In this document: in pieces, positions 24,858 through 37,714 of the stretch | Layout: every line of letters starts with the position of its first letter | How positions within the stretch are numbered: position 1 is the stretch's first letter | Assembly: GCF_030028105.1 (NCBI RefSeq) | Contig: NC_092380.1 | Coordinates: forward strand, 29,475,144-29,539,143 | Direction of reading: 5' to 3' | DNA: 64,000 bases | From: Mobula birostris | Lineage: Eukaryota | Program-made: the position numbers and the translations under genes | Notes under the pieces: generated by a model | What the model was told of the DNA's origin: nothing | The model's database searches: none | Seen by the model: only the letters and a program-made list of their open reading frames with translations

Positions 24858-25546
24858 ACATAACAACATAAGAAAAGGAGCTGGAGTAGGCCATTTGGCC
24901 CATCAGGCATGCTCCGCCATTCAATAAGAACATGGCTGATCTGGCTATGGACTCATCTCCACCTACCTGCCTTTTCCCCATAACTCTTAGTCTCCTACTA
25001 TGCAAAAATCTATCCAACGTTGTCTTAAATATATTAACTGACATAGCCTCCACTGCTTCATTGGGCAGCAAATTTCACAGATTCACCACCCTTTGGGAAA
25101 AGCAGTTCCTCTTCTTCTCCATCCTAAATCTACTCCCCCGAATCTTGAGGCCATGTCCCCTAGTTCTAGTCTCATGTATCAGTGGAAACAACTTTCCTGC
25201 CTCTATCTTATCTATCCCTTTCATCATTTTATATGTTTCTATAAGATCTTCCCCTCATTCTTCTGAATTCCAGCGAGTACAGTCCCAGGCAACTCAATCT
25301 CTCCTCATAGTCTAATCCCCTGATCTCTGGAATCAACGTGGTGAACTTCCTCTGCACCGCCTCCAAAGCCAGTATATCCCTCTACAAGTAAGGAGAACAG
25401 AACTGCCCGCAGTACTCCAGGTGCGGCCTCACCAGTACCCTGTACAGTTGCAGCATAACCTTCCTGCTCTTAAGTTCAATCCCTCTAGCAAGGAAGGCCA
25501 ACATTCCATTTGCCTTTTTGATAGCCTGCTGCACCTGCAAACCAAC
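24858..25546 (-). mobile_element. CR1 3' fragment
   Basis: CR1 tail (acataacaacataagaa..ggagtaggccatt) and decayed ORF2 end (LPNEAVEAMSVNIFKTTLDRFL). Confidence 0.8.
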
Positions 25547-25619
25547 CTAGAGGACTTGAGTTATAGGGAGAGATGGGCAGGTGAGGTCTTTATTCCTTGG
25601 AGGATAGGAGACAAAGGGG

Positions 25620-28095
25620 ATTCTGTCTGCTTCAAGGATGTCTGCAGAGAGTAAGAACTTCAGTATAAATTCTCGATATTAAATGGAACGATTGAACCAT
25701 TGAATGAGTTGGACTGATAGTAAATCAGCTATGATTGATTGGAGGAGCAGATTCAATGTATCATGTTCTCGTATCTTATGGTCTTTTTTTTATGTGAATG
25801 TGCTCTAGAATATCATTGTCACAAATTAAATCTCTGACCACAGTGCCTTTCTCTTCAGGAAATATGGATGGGAATTATATATTTCAGTCCACACCCTCTG
25901 GTCCCAAAGAGAGGTCGACACTTTTGTCCCTAATACAGGTCTGTATGCTCACAGCACAATGTGGAGAGCTCTGTGTCCTTGTGTTGAAAGACTTGGTGTT
26001 GTAAAGATCTTTATCCTTGTAGTGGATTGCTGACTCTTTCTGTACAGTGTAGTGTGGCATGTTTTCATTGACTTCTTTCCATTGTTGTTTCATGTGGCAT
26101 TCACACTTCTAATTGAAGTCAGGCCAGGGAGGAGCAGATGTGAGCCTGTCTGTTTGGGAGTTGGGGTTGGAGTGATCTTCATCTGGCATCTTGTCGAGAG
26201 TACTTGAAGCACACAAACCTCCACACGACGTCAACGTGTTGATCCAGGTCATGCAGGATTCCTGTTGATACAAATGTTCAAAGATGCATTTGTTATCGAA
26301 GTATACAGCTCTGATGTTCTTCTTCTCTGGGTAGCCATGAAACCAAGGCAGCACGGTCATTAACCCCCAAATCCTCCCCACCACACAAAAAAAATGAACA
26401 AAATCAGAACAGGCACATCAACCCATAAATCCCCCTCCCCACACAAAAAAAACTAACAAAACAGAACAGACACATTAACTCCCAAATCCCTCTCTCCACA
26501 TGAAAGAATGAAAAAGATCAGGCGAAAAAACACAAAATATAAAAATCTATAAGATTGAGAAAAAGTCTATAGTCAAAGTCCATATCCAAAACGCAGAAAC
26601 CTGGGCAACAGTCTCTGGCAGTGTGGCAGGCTCTCCCCTCTCCAACACAGAGCAATCAAAAGACAGTCAGCTGGCACTCACCCTCCACAACTTCAAAGAA
26701 CGGGCAAGAAAGTGGCAAATGAAATACAATATTTTAAAATGCATGGTCTTGCACTTTGGTAGTAGAAGTAAATGTGCAGACTATTTTCTGAATAGGGAGA
26801 AAACCCATAACTTTGAGATGCAGAGGGACCTCGGAGTCCTTGTGTAGAACACCCTAAAGGTTAACTGCAGGTTGAGTCGGTGGTGAGGAAGGCAAATGCA
26901 ATGTTAGCAACCATTTCAAGGGGTCTAGAATACAAGAGCACGGATGTGATGCTGAGGCTTTATAAGGCACTTGTGAGGCCTCACCTTGAGTATTGTGAAC
27001 AGTTTTGGGCTCCTCATCTAAGAAAAGATGTGCTGTTATTGGAGAGGGTTAAGAGGAGATTCGCAAGAATGATTCTGGGAATGAAAGGGTTATCATACGA
27101 GCAATGTTTGCTAGCTCTGGGTCTGTATTCACTGGGATTTAGGATTTGAGGTAGATCGCATTGAAACGTTTCGAATGTTGAAAGGCCTAGACAGAGTAAA
27201 TGTGGAAAGGATGTTTCCCGTGCTGGGGGTGTCAAGAACAAATGGGCACTGTCTCAGGATAGAGGGGCATCCATTTAAAACAGAGATGCGGAGAAGTTTC
27301 TTCAGCCAGAGGTGAGTCTGTGGAAATTGTTACCACAGGCAGCTGTGGAGGCCAGTTTACTGGGTGTATTTAAGACAGAGATTGATAGATTCTCAATTGG
27401 AAATGGCATCAAAGCTTATGGGGGAGAAAGGCAGGGAGTAGCACGAAGGAGGGGAGAAAAGGATCAGGCATGATTGAACGGCAGAGCAGACACAATAGAC
27501 CAAATAGCCCAATTCTGCTCTTATGGTCTTACAGTTTCATATTCAAATACCCTGAGCTGTACGAGGAAAGAACACATGACAATTTTTGAGGTAATTTTTG
27601 TTTACAGTTGTTTGTCACTTTGTAAAAGTCAAGTGTGTCCCACCAGCACAGTTCTGTGGATGTGCAGGTATGTGTGTGACTGGAATAAAAGCATAGAAGA
27701 GTACAGCACAAGAACAGGCCATTCAGCCCATAATGTTATGCCAAACCAGCTCAAAAGCAAATCTAAAAACACCCAAGTACTAATCCCTACTACCTATTTA
27801 ATCTCTCCATTCATGTGCCCGTCCAAATGTCTCTTAAAAGCCTCTGATGTATTTGTCTCTTCCACAATACCAGGCAGTGCATGCCAGGCATCCCCAACTC
27901 TCTGAGTAAATAACTTACCTTTCACATCACCTTTGAAACTACAATGTGTGCCCTCTGGGAGGAGACATTTCAACCCTGGAAATAGATACTCTCTGTCTGC
28001 TCTATCTATGCACCTCATAATCTTGAAAACCTCTGTCAGATCTCCCTCGACCTCCAGCGCTCCAAAGAAAACAACCCAAGTTCATGCAGCCTCCC
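25620..28095 (+). repeat. Segmental duplication block A, copy 1 (paralog about 37715-40168); contains CR1 and other repeat fragments
   Basis: Colinear sequence with shared repeat junctions, e.g. aaatctctgaccacagtgcctttctcttcag at about 25828 and 37892, and caaataccctgagctg at about 27545 and 39611. Confidence 0.85.
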
Positions 28096-28954
28096 AAAAT
28101 CCTGTCATGTTCTATGATTCAGTATTTGTACCGATCCGTGATTAAAATGAAAATTGAATTCACAGTTACTCTTATATCGGAGAACTAGCTTAAGGCGATT
28201 CTGCAGGCCGTGTTCTATGAATTATGTTTGTTTTTTTTAATTTTTTTGCGCAATTTGTCCTCTTTTGCACATTGGTTGTTCATCGGTCTCTCGTTTTTTT
28301 TGCGAATTAGATTGTGTTTGTTTCGTGGGTTTCTGCAAGAACAATTTCATGATTGAATATAATGTACATACTTTGGTAATTTTACCTTGAACAGTACATT
28401 GCTCGCATGAAAACGTTCAGGGTTGCACGTGGTAACACGGATGTACTCTGATAATAAATTTTACTTTGAGCATTAAAGGTAATTCACAGTCTATATTATA
28501 AGTGGATCAGGAGGTACTATTCACAAAAAAAGTTTCGTACTGTTCTATAAAATTATTTTCCTCTTGGAGACGTTAGAAATTTCACAATTTTAGTGGTCTG
28601 GCAGTTAGTCTTGGCGCTTCCCCTGTTGCTTGTTCATTGGTGAAAAAGGACTCTCTCTGATCGGGCATTTCCGCTGAGAATTAGTAAATCCCCTAGAAGA
28701 TTAGGCAATTTACCGCCAATCAAGCGCCATTCAGGAAGTGGAGGCAACTGCAGAAAAAAAAAGGTTAATTTTCGATAAAAGAGGGGACTGGGACGGAGAC
28801 CGGGTTTAGAGAGAGCGTTCTATGTGCAGATAAATGTTGTAACTTTCAGTGGAGGAAAAGCGCTTTAGACAGAGTTTAATACGCTACGAGTGACGCGCAG
28901 ATCGAAAACACCCGAAGGCACCCCAGTCTTTATCAGCCCTTTCCGTAGACAATA

Positions 28955-28980
28955 TGGGTGGCTCTGAAAAGAGCCTTTGG
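28955..28980 (-). terminator. Histone 3' stem-loop of H2A copy 1 (downstream element GAAAGGGCTG at about 28935-28944)
   Basis: CCAAA-GGCTCTTTTCAGAGCC-ACCCA on the minus strand. Confidence 0.95.
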
Positions 28981-29006
28981 GTTTTTTAAACTGACGATTC
29001 ACCTAT

Positions 29007-29635
<629 letters not shown>

Positions 29636-30197
29636 GAAAAAGTAAAATTAAACTATTGTCCTAAAAAAAACAATTAGCAATATGTATGTGAGCATAGACT
29701 GCCCACATGGCTAGTTATTTCCTGTCCGCACGGAATGTGAATTAATTCTATCATGACTGTCTCTGGGAAGGTGTCATTCTTTGTAAAATCACATCGCATC
29801 ATGGAACGGTATCTTCACAAACTGTGGTGAAAGCACAGAAACAACAATATGAGAGTTCATTTGTTCTCGATTCAGAGCACTTCGGAAACAGTATAGTGGA
29901 GTAATTGAGAGGCATTACTTCATCTCTCGAACATATACAACAGCAAGCTCACAAAAATCCTGTTCAATTTCATTCTTTGTCAATGGAAATAAGTGTTTTA
30001 AGATGGAGTCAAACTAACGGGGAAGGGGAAGTTCCGTGTTAGTGCAATATGCAGGAACACTAAAATTTCAGCAGGCAAGGGGACAGCTAATTGTCATTAA
30101 CATAATTCTGATAAATATTATCTCCTAAAACAGAGATATTAAAGCAGTTACAGAAAAGTATTGTGGAAATATTGACAAATCTTTCTTGGAAACTTTA

Positions 30198-30488
30198 GGT
30201 GACTTTTAATAGAGCCATTGGTGTTTCAGTTTGTTTTGTCAGCATCCTGTGGAAATGCACTTGGAGCTGATGTACTTGGTCACTGCCTTGTCCCTTCAAT
30301 CACCGTCTGCCTGGCAAGCTCCACGAGCAGCAGCAGGCACATAACAGTCTGGATCTCCCAGGAAGTGACAGTGAACTGCTTCTTGTAATGGTCTGGTTTG
30401 GAAGCCCCGCCACCAATGCGCTTGAAAATCTCTGTCACAAAGGGGTTCATGATGATGGCAATCACCTTGGAGGAGATGGCAATGTCTC
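30198..30488 (-). pseudogene. H2B: H2B pseudogene 1 (5' part replaced by CR1 sequence)
   Basis: [55 protein letters not shown]; frameshift before VTKYISSK; degenerate stem-loop at 30201-30216. Confidence 0.9.
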
Positions 30489-30971
30489 CAAAGCCCAAAC
30501 AACCTTCCTAAAATGGTGGGACCAGAACTGTATGTAATACTCCAGATGTGGCCTAACTACACCTGGAGTATTATAAGTCGGGAGTTTTATAAGCCTACAA
30601 CATAACTTCCTGATGTTTGCACTCATTGCCTCGACTAAAAAGGGCAAGCATGCCATATGCCTTCTTAACCACCTTGTCAACCTGTTCAACCACTTTCAGG
30701 GGACTATGAACTTAGACTCCCAAGATCTGTCTACTTATGAATACCATTAAGGGTCTTGCTCTTAACAGTGTGCTGTCTGTTTACATTTGATCTACCAAGG
30801 TGAAACACCTCACATTTTGCTGGGTTACACTCCATCTGCCATTTCTCTACCCTATCTGCAACTGATCTGTATCACGTTGTATTCCCTGCCAGTCTTCTAT
30901 GCTATCCACAACACCACCAATCTTCACATCATCTGCAAACTCACTATCCCAACCATCTACATTTTCAGAGC

Positions 30972-30973
<2 letters not shown>

Positions 30974-31004
<31 letters not shown>
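30974..31004 (+). repeat. (AC)n microsatellite
   Basis: About 15 AC units at the edge of a Penelope fragment. Confidence 0.9.
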
Positions 31005-31010
<6 letters not shown>

Positions 31011-32058
31011 CTGGAGGAACACGCAGGGCAGGCAGCATCTATGGAGGGGAAGAAACAGTCAGCATTTTGGGCTGAGAAACTTCTTCAGGATAGGGAAGAC
31101 ACCAGAATAAAAAGGTGTGGTGGGGAGGGGAAGGAGGACTAGTTAAAAGGTGATAGGTGAAACCAGATGGGTAGGTAAGGTAAAAGGCTGCAGAAGGAAT
31201 CTGATAGGAGAGGAAATGGATCATGTGAGAAAGGGAAGGGTCGCAGCGGGAGGTGATGTAGGTGGAGAGAAGAGAAACGAAGCCAGAGTAGGGGACAGAA
31301 AGAGAGGACAGGGAGAAGGAAAACATTTTTTTAAACTGGAAATCGATGTTCATGCCATTAGGTTGTAGGCTACCCAGGCAGAATATGAGGTGTTGCTTGA
31401 GGGTGGCCTCGTCATGACACAATTGTTGGTCATGCAATGATATGTCAGAGTGGGAATGGGGATAGGAATCAAAATGTTTGGCCACCAGGAAATTATGCTT
31501 TTGGCAGGTGGAGCAGAGGTACTAGCCAAAGTCATCTCCCAATCTATGACAGGACTCACCAACTTAGAGGAAAATGCATTAGGAGCACTGAACGCAATAG
31601 ATGATCCCAGCAGATTGTTTTGTTGTATTGCCTCACCTGGAAGGATTATTTGGGGGTGAGGGAGGAGGTACATGGGCAGTTGCAGCATTTCTGTCACTTA
31701 CAGAGGTATGTACCAGGAGGGAGATTAGTTGGAAGGGACGAATGTTCAAGGGAGATCGAGAAAGGGGAAGGAGGTGTCAGAAATGGATTGAATGAATTTA
31801 AAGGCAGATCTCCCATGTCTGTGCCCATAGCTATTGCTTGAGTCTGGAGAAAAAGGGAGGATTCAAAGAAATTGTTGAGGGTGAGAACCGGCTCTGCCAG
31901 AGAGAGGAGGGTGGTGGTGGAGGGAAACTGTTTTTTATTTTGTTGCGGAAGAAGCGCAGAATTCTAAGGCCTTCTTGATAGAGGATAGAAGTATATAGGG
32001 ACCGGACATCCATAGTGAAAATGGGGCAGTCAAGGCCAGGAAAATTGAAAGTTATTGA
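31005..32058 (-). mobile_element. Old Penelope-like fragment
   Basis: IFTMDVRSLYTSI and KQHLIFCLGSLQPNGMNIDF; pseudo-LTR similar to 2961-3100 with a decayed hammerhead at 31057-31090. Confidence 0.75.
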
Positions 32059-32061
32059 GAG

Positions 32062-33345
32062 TTCAGAATCAGGTTTATTACCACTGGCATGTGTCATGAA
32101 ATTTGTTAACTTAGCAGCAGCAGTTCAATGCAATGCATAACATAGAAGAAGAAAAAATAAATAACAGTATATGTATATTGAATAGATTAAAAATCATGCA
32201 TAAATAGAAACAATATATATATATATTTAAAAAGTGAGGTAGTGTTCATGGGTTCAATATCCATTTAGGAATCATGTGGCAGAGGGGAAGAAGCTGTTCC
32301 TGAAAATCGCTGAGTGTGTGCCTTCAAGCTTCTGTACCACCTACCTGATGGTAACAATGAGAAAAGGGCATTCCCTGGGTGCTGGGGGTCCTTAATGATG
32401 GACACTGCCTTTCTGAGACCCTGCTCCTTAAAGATATCCTGGGTACTACAGAGACTAGTACCCAAGATGGAGCCAACTAAATTTACGACCCTCTTCAGCT
32501 TCTTTTGGTCCTGTGCAGTAGCCCCCCCACTCCCATATCAGACAGTGATGCAGCCTGTCAGAATACTCTCTACAGTACATATATAGAAGTCTTTGAGTAT
32601 CTTTCTTGACATGTTGTTTCTTCAAACTCCTAATGAAGTATAGTCCCTGTCTTGCCTTCTTTATAACTGCATCGATATGTTAGGTTAGGTTAGGTTCTCA
32701 GAGATCTTGACACCCAAAAACTTGAAACTGCTCACTCTCTCCACTTCTGATTGCTCTATGAGGATTGGTATGTGTTCCTTCATCTTACCCTTCCTGAAGT
32801 CCATAATCAGATCTTTCATCTTACTAACGTTGAGTGGAAGGTTGTTGCTGTGATACCACTCCACTCCACTATCTGGTATATCTCACTCCTGTATGCCCTC
32901 TTGTCTCCATCTGAGATTCTACCAACAATGGTTGTATCATCAGCAAATTTATAGATGGTATTTCAGCTATGCCTAACCACACAGTCATGGGTATATTGAG
33001 AGTAGAGCAGTGGGCTAAGCACACACCCCTGAGGTGCACCAGTGTTGATCATCAGCCAGGAGGATATGTTATCACCAATCCGCACAGATTGTGGTCTTCT
33101 GGTTAGGAAGCCGAGGATCCAATTGCAGAGGGAGGTACAGAGGCCCAGGTTCTGTAACTTCTCAATCAGGATTGTGGTAATGATGGTGTTAAATGCTGAG
33201 CTATCGTCGATGAACAGCATCCTGACATAGGTGTTTGTGTTGTCCAGGTGGCCTAAAGCCATGTGACGAGCCATTGAGATTGTGTCTGCTGCTGACCTAT
33301 TGTAGCAATAGGCAAATTGCAGTGGGTCCATGTCCTTGTTGAGTA
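32062..33345 (-). mobile_element. Rex1/Babar fragment with 3' tail
   Basis: [38 protein letters not shown] and IIKDPQHPGNALFSLLPSGR; tail aataaacctgattctga. Confidence 0.85.
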
Positions 33346-33349
33346 AATT

Positions 33350-34690
33350 GAGGGCACGTGAAGAGTCACAACTGTAGGCGGGAAGGTACTGAGGCAAAGG
33401 GTACAGAATGGAGTCAATATCTTGTAAATATATTGTTTTATTTAAGCATTCTTAATTCATGTAAAAAGTGTATGAATGGCATACGTCATTATGCCACCAC
33501 ATCACATGTGAGTGTCTCACAAAAGAAACCAGATAGATACATATCTCCCAACTTCTAGGATTTTCTTTTGATTAGTTTTTGGAGTTACAAAACATAATGG
33601 AGGTAACGAAGAAGTTTTAAAATTAACCCAAGATGACAACCTACCTGTTAAAGAGCAGCACTTTTTTTTCTTCACAAGAGGACAAAAATACTTGAGTTTA
33701 AAAAAGTGCAGCACGAGTTGCTTTGAAAGGGGAGAGAGACAGTTGAGAAAAAAATTGCAGAGACTGGAAAAATTTATGGTTTCATAAAAGTGAATACCAG
33801 ATGGTAATAATCATAAATTTTAAAATTGGCAGAAATGGCTGGCTGCATTGGAAAGTTTAATGCATTCCATTCCACAACAGGTAATTGATTTTGTATACTG
33901 AATGAATTGGGCAGTACTTTGAAGCAAATGAAATAGCCAATACAAAGTGAGTTCTAGTTCTGCTGAGTGATACAGATGGAAAGGCATAAAGTTTGCTTAG
34001 AAGTTTAACTGCTCCAACCAAACCAGCCAAAATGAGCTTTACTGATATTGTAAACATAATGCAGGCACACTTAGAACCAAAACCATTGTTGCTTGCTAAA
34101 TGTTTTAAGTTTCATAAGTGGAATCAAAAGGAAGGGAAGCCCATTTTAGCTTACAGGACTGAATTTTAAAAATTGTCCAAGCATTGTCAGTTGAGTGGTG
34201 GGCTTAATGATGCACTGAAAGATCATTTCATTTGTGGAATTTTACAAGAAAGCATTCAAAAATGGCTCCTAATTGAGGCACAATTCACATTTAAGAGAAC
34301 AGTTGAAATCACTGTAGCAATGAAAACAGCAGACAGAGATGCCTGTGAGTTGCAGTCAAGAATGAAAGTGAGTGTGAACAAAATTGCAACATCTAAACAG
34401 AAACCTGCCTGGCTGAACAATCTGTTACTGTTGTGGCAGGGGCTCACATACACCAGTTAACTGCGGGTTTAAAGGCAAAGCTTCCAGAAAATGCTAGAAG
34501 TAGAGAACATACAATGAACAGGTCAGGCAGACAAAAATAAATGGACTACACAGGTAGAGAGAAAGATTAAAAAGTCAAGAGGCAGTTTGAAATAGAGCAA
34601 TAATCTGCATGCTGTGATGAAATATCTGATAATGATGACATAGGACAGTGTAGCCGTAAGATTTACAATGTGAAAAATAACAAGAGCAGA
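33350..34690 (+). mobile_element. Heavily decayed Gypsy LTR element (LTR remnant plus gag)
   Basis: From 33834, a gag-like MAGCIGKFNAF..QYFEANEI, LNDALKDHFICGI..ESIQKWLL and a CCHC-like CYCCGRGSH..C near 34422; many stops. Confidence 0.65.
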
Positions 34691-35529
34691 AGGGAATGAA
34701 AAACTCAAGGATATAGGTTTCAAGAGAGAGGGGAAAGATTTAAATGAGACCTCCAGGGCAATTTACTGACACAGTGTGCAGCGGGTACATGGAACAAGTT
34801 GTCAGAGGCAATGGATAAGGCAGACACGATAACAACATTTACAAGATATTTGAAAAAGAGCATAGAGGGATATTTGGCAAATGGAACTTGCTTAGATGGG
34901 CATTTTGGTCAGCACAGATGAGTTGAGCCAAAGGGATTATTTACCCAATGCCTCTGTCTCTAGTTGCTAAGCCAGTGTTGGATCCTGTGGGTTTAACAAC
35001 CTTCCATGTGGAACCTTGTCAAAGGTTTTATTAAAGTCTATGTAAACCACATCATCCACACTGCTCTCATCAGTGTATTCAGCTACCCCTTCAAAAATAG
35101 ACCTAAATTATATTAGTCTCTCCATAACCACAATGTAGTGACTATCCCTCATCAATCACTGGCTTTCCAGGTGCAGGTTATTCCTGTCTCTTGGAATATT
35201 TTGTCAGTCTTCTCCTTGCAACAGATATTAGACTAATTGGCCTTTCATTAAATGAGTTATTTCCATTGTCCTACTTGAATAAATTTGCTGTCTTCCCGTT
35301 ATCTGACACCTCACCTGTAACCAGTGAAGGTCTCCTGTCTTCTCTCCTACAGCAGGCTAGGATAAGCTCATCAAAAATGGAGGGCTACATGGGAGAGAAG
35401 GGCTAGACCGATGTTAGGGCAGGTTAAAAGGTCAGCACAACTTGATGGGCAATAAGGCTTGTACTATGGTGTAATGTTCTATGTGCTAAGTTCACTCTGA
35501 TCCCTGCTAAGCTCAAATTTCATCTCCTT

Positions 35530-37070
35530 ACATGTAGGCCAGTTAGTCCATCTTCAGTGGTTGGGAAGATGTTGGAATCCATTATTAAAGTTGAGGTTTC
35601 AGGGTACTTGGAAGCAGATGATAAAATTGGCCAAAGTCGGCTTGACCTCCTTATCGAGAAGTCTTACCTGTTGGAAATTTTTGTGAAAGTAACAGGCAGG
35701 ATAGACGATGAAGAGTCAGAGAATATTGTTTACTTGGATTTTCAAAAGGCCTTTGTCGAGGCGCCACACATGATACTGCTTAACAAGATAAGAGCCCATG
35801 ATATTACAGGAAAGGTACTAGCATGGATAATAGGTTAGCTGACTGGCAGGAGGTAAAGAATGGGAATAAAGGGGGCCTTTTTTTGGCTTAGCTAGTGGTG
35901 TCCACAGGGGGTCACTTCCTTTCAACTTGTACATCAATGAGCTGGATGATGGAATTGGTGACTTTGTGGCCAGGTTTGCAGAAAATACAAAGATAGGTGG
36001 AGGAGTAGGTAATGTTGAGGAAACAGGGAGTCTGCAGAATGTCTTAGACAGATTAGGAAAATGGGCAAAGAAAGTCTGGTGGAATACTGTGTAGAAAAGT
36101 GTATGATCATGAACTTTAGTAGAAGGAATAAAGGCATAGACTATTTTCTGAATGGAAAAAAAATTCAGATATCAGAGGTGCAAAGGGAGTTCTCAGGCAG
36201 GATTCCCTACAGATTGACTTGCAGATTGAGTCAGTGGTAAGGCAGGCAAATGCAATGTTAGCATTTTGAGAAGACTGGAATAGAAAAGCAAAGATGCTAA
36301 AAGAATAGAATAGAATAGAATATCTTTATTGTCATTGTTGTGGAGCAATGAAACACAGTTTAGCAGCTCAACGTTTTGCAGCATGACAAAGAATATATAC
36401 ATAAAATAAACTCTAAAACCTCAGGAGTGCAGTCCAAAATTAATAATATATGGATGGGGGGGGCGGGGTAGGACTATTGTACACCTGCCATTCCTGGAAG
36501 TGTGATGCATTTAGCTGCCGCCGTCTTAGGAGGGGGGCAGCTAAATGCTAAGATACTAAGGCTTTATAAGGCATTGGTCACATCACACTGTGAACAGTTG
36601 TGGGCCCATTTTCTAAGAAAAGATGTGCTGGCGTTGAAGAGTGTCCACTGGAGGTTCATGAGAATGATTCTAGGAATGAAAGTGTTAATGTATGAGGAGG
36701 GTTTGATGGCTCTGGGCCTGTTCTCGCTGATGTTTAGAAAAATGAGGAGGCATCTCATTGAAACCTATTGAATATTGAAAGGCCTGCATAGTGCGGACAT
36801 GGAGAGGATTTTTCCTGTAGTCGGGGAGTCTGGAACCAGAGGACACAGTCTCAGAATACAAGGATGTCTCCTTAGAACAGAAATGAGGGCACAGCCTCAA
36901 AATACAAGGACATCCTTTTGGAATAGAGACAAGGGGGAATTTCTTTATCAGAAAGTGGTGAATCTCTGGAATTCATTTGTACAGATGGCTTTGGAAGCCA
37001 AATCAATGAGGATATTTGAAGGAGAGGTTGATTGCTTCCTGATTAGTAAGGGCGTCAAATGTTATGGGGA
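35530..37070 (+). mobile_element. Degenerate CR1 ORF2 3' half, with a ~245-bp insertion at about 36301-36545
   Basis: VGKMLESIIK..VYLDFQKAF, LRLYKALV and KVVNLWNS. The insert starts with (agaat)n and is flanked by ATGCTAA on both sides. Confidence 0.75.
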
Positions 37071-37714
37071 GATGCACTCAAACTACGGTTCTGCACAGCA
37101 GCATGCTTCCGTTCTTGGAGCTTGCAGACCGGCTGCGTTTCGATATGTCCAGGTTCAGCCTGGTTGGGGACCTTCAGGGCTTTGCACAGCCCTGTGGAGA
37201 TGAACTCTCACTGGTGTCGTGAACTGAAGCATAGCAGGAGCCAGAAAATCGAAGAGAATCAGAGCAGCTGTCAGAGGGCTCTGCACTCGGTAATTAATTG
37301 ACCACTCTGTCTCTTGATGGTGAGGGAGAGTTTGCTGCCAATTCTCGAGTTGAAGAACTCGAAATATAAAGCAATACTTCAGACAGACTACGACATTGAA
37401 ATAGCAACTGTTGTCTCCTCTCTTGCTGTGGAAGGAGTGATTTCCATCCCTCCCTTGTTCATCAGAGAGGGTGCCTGTGGGATGTCGAAATGTTGAAGTG
37501 AACACATAGTTTTTGATGAACTGTACACCATTGTCTCTCCTTGGGGGCTTTGCCATTGCTTCCATTGTGTGTGGAGGGGATTTATGCTAGAATAAGTGTG
37601 TGTTTTAAGCTAGAATGAGTGGTGGGATGGTTCTTGATGCTGCTTGTGCGTGGCAGTGGGGACAGTGGCTTTGGTGTTCTTATGTTTTTTCTGTCATTCA
37701 TTCTTTGGGAATTA

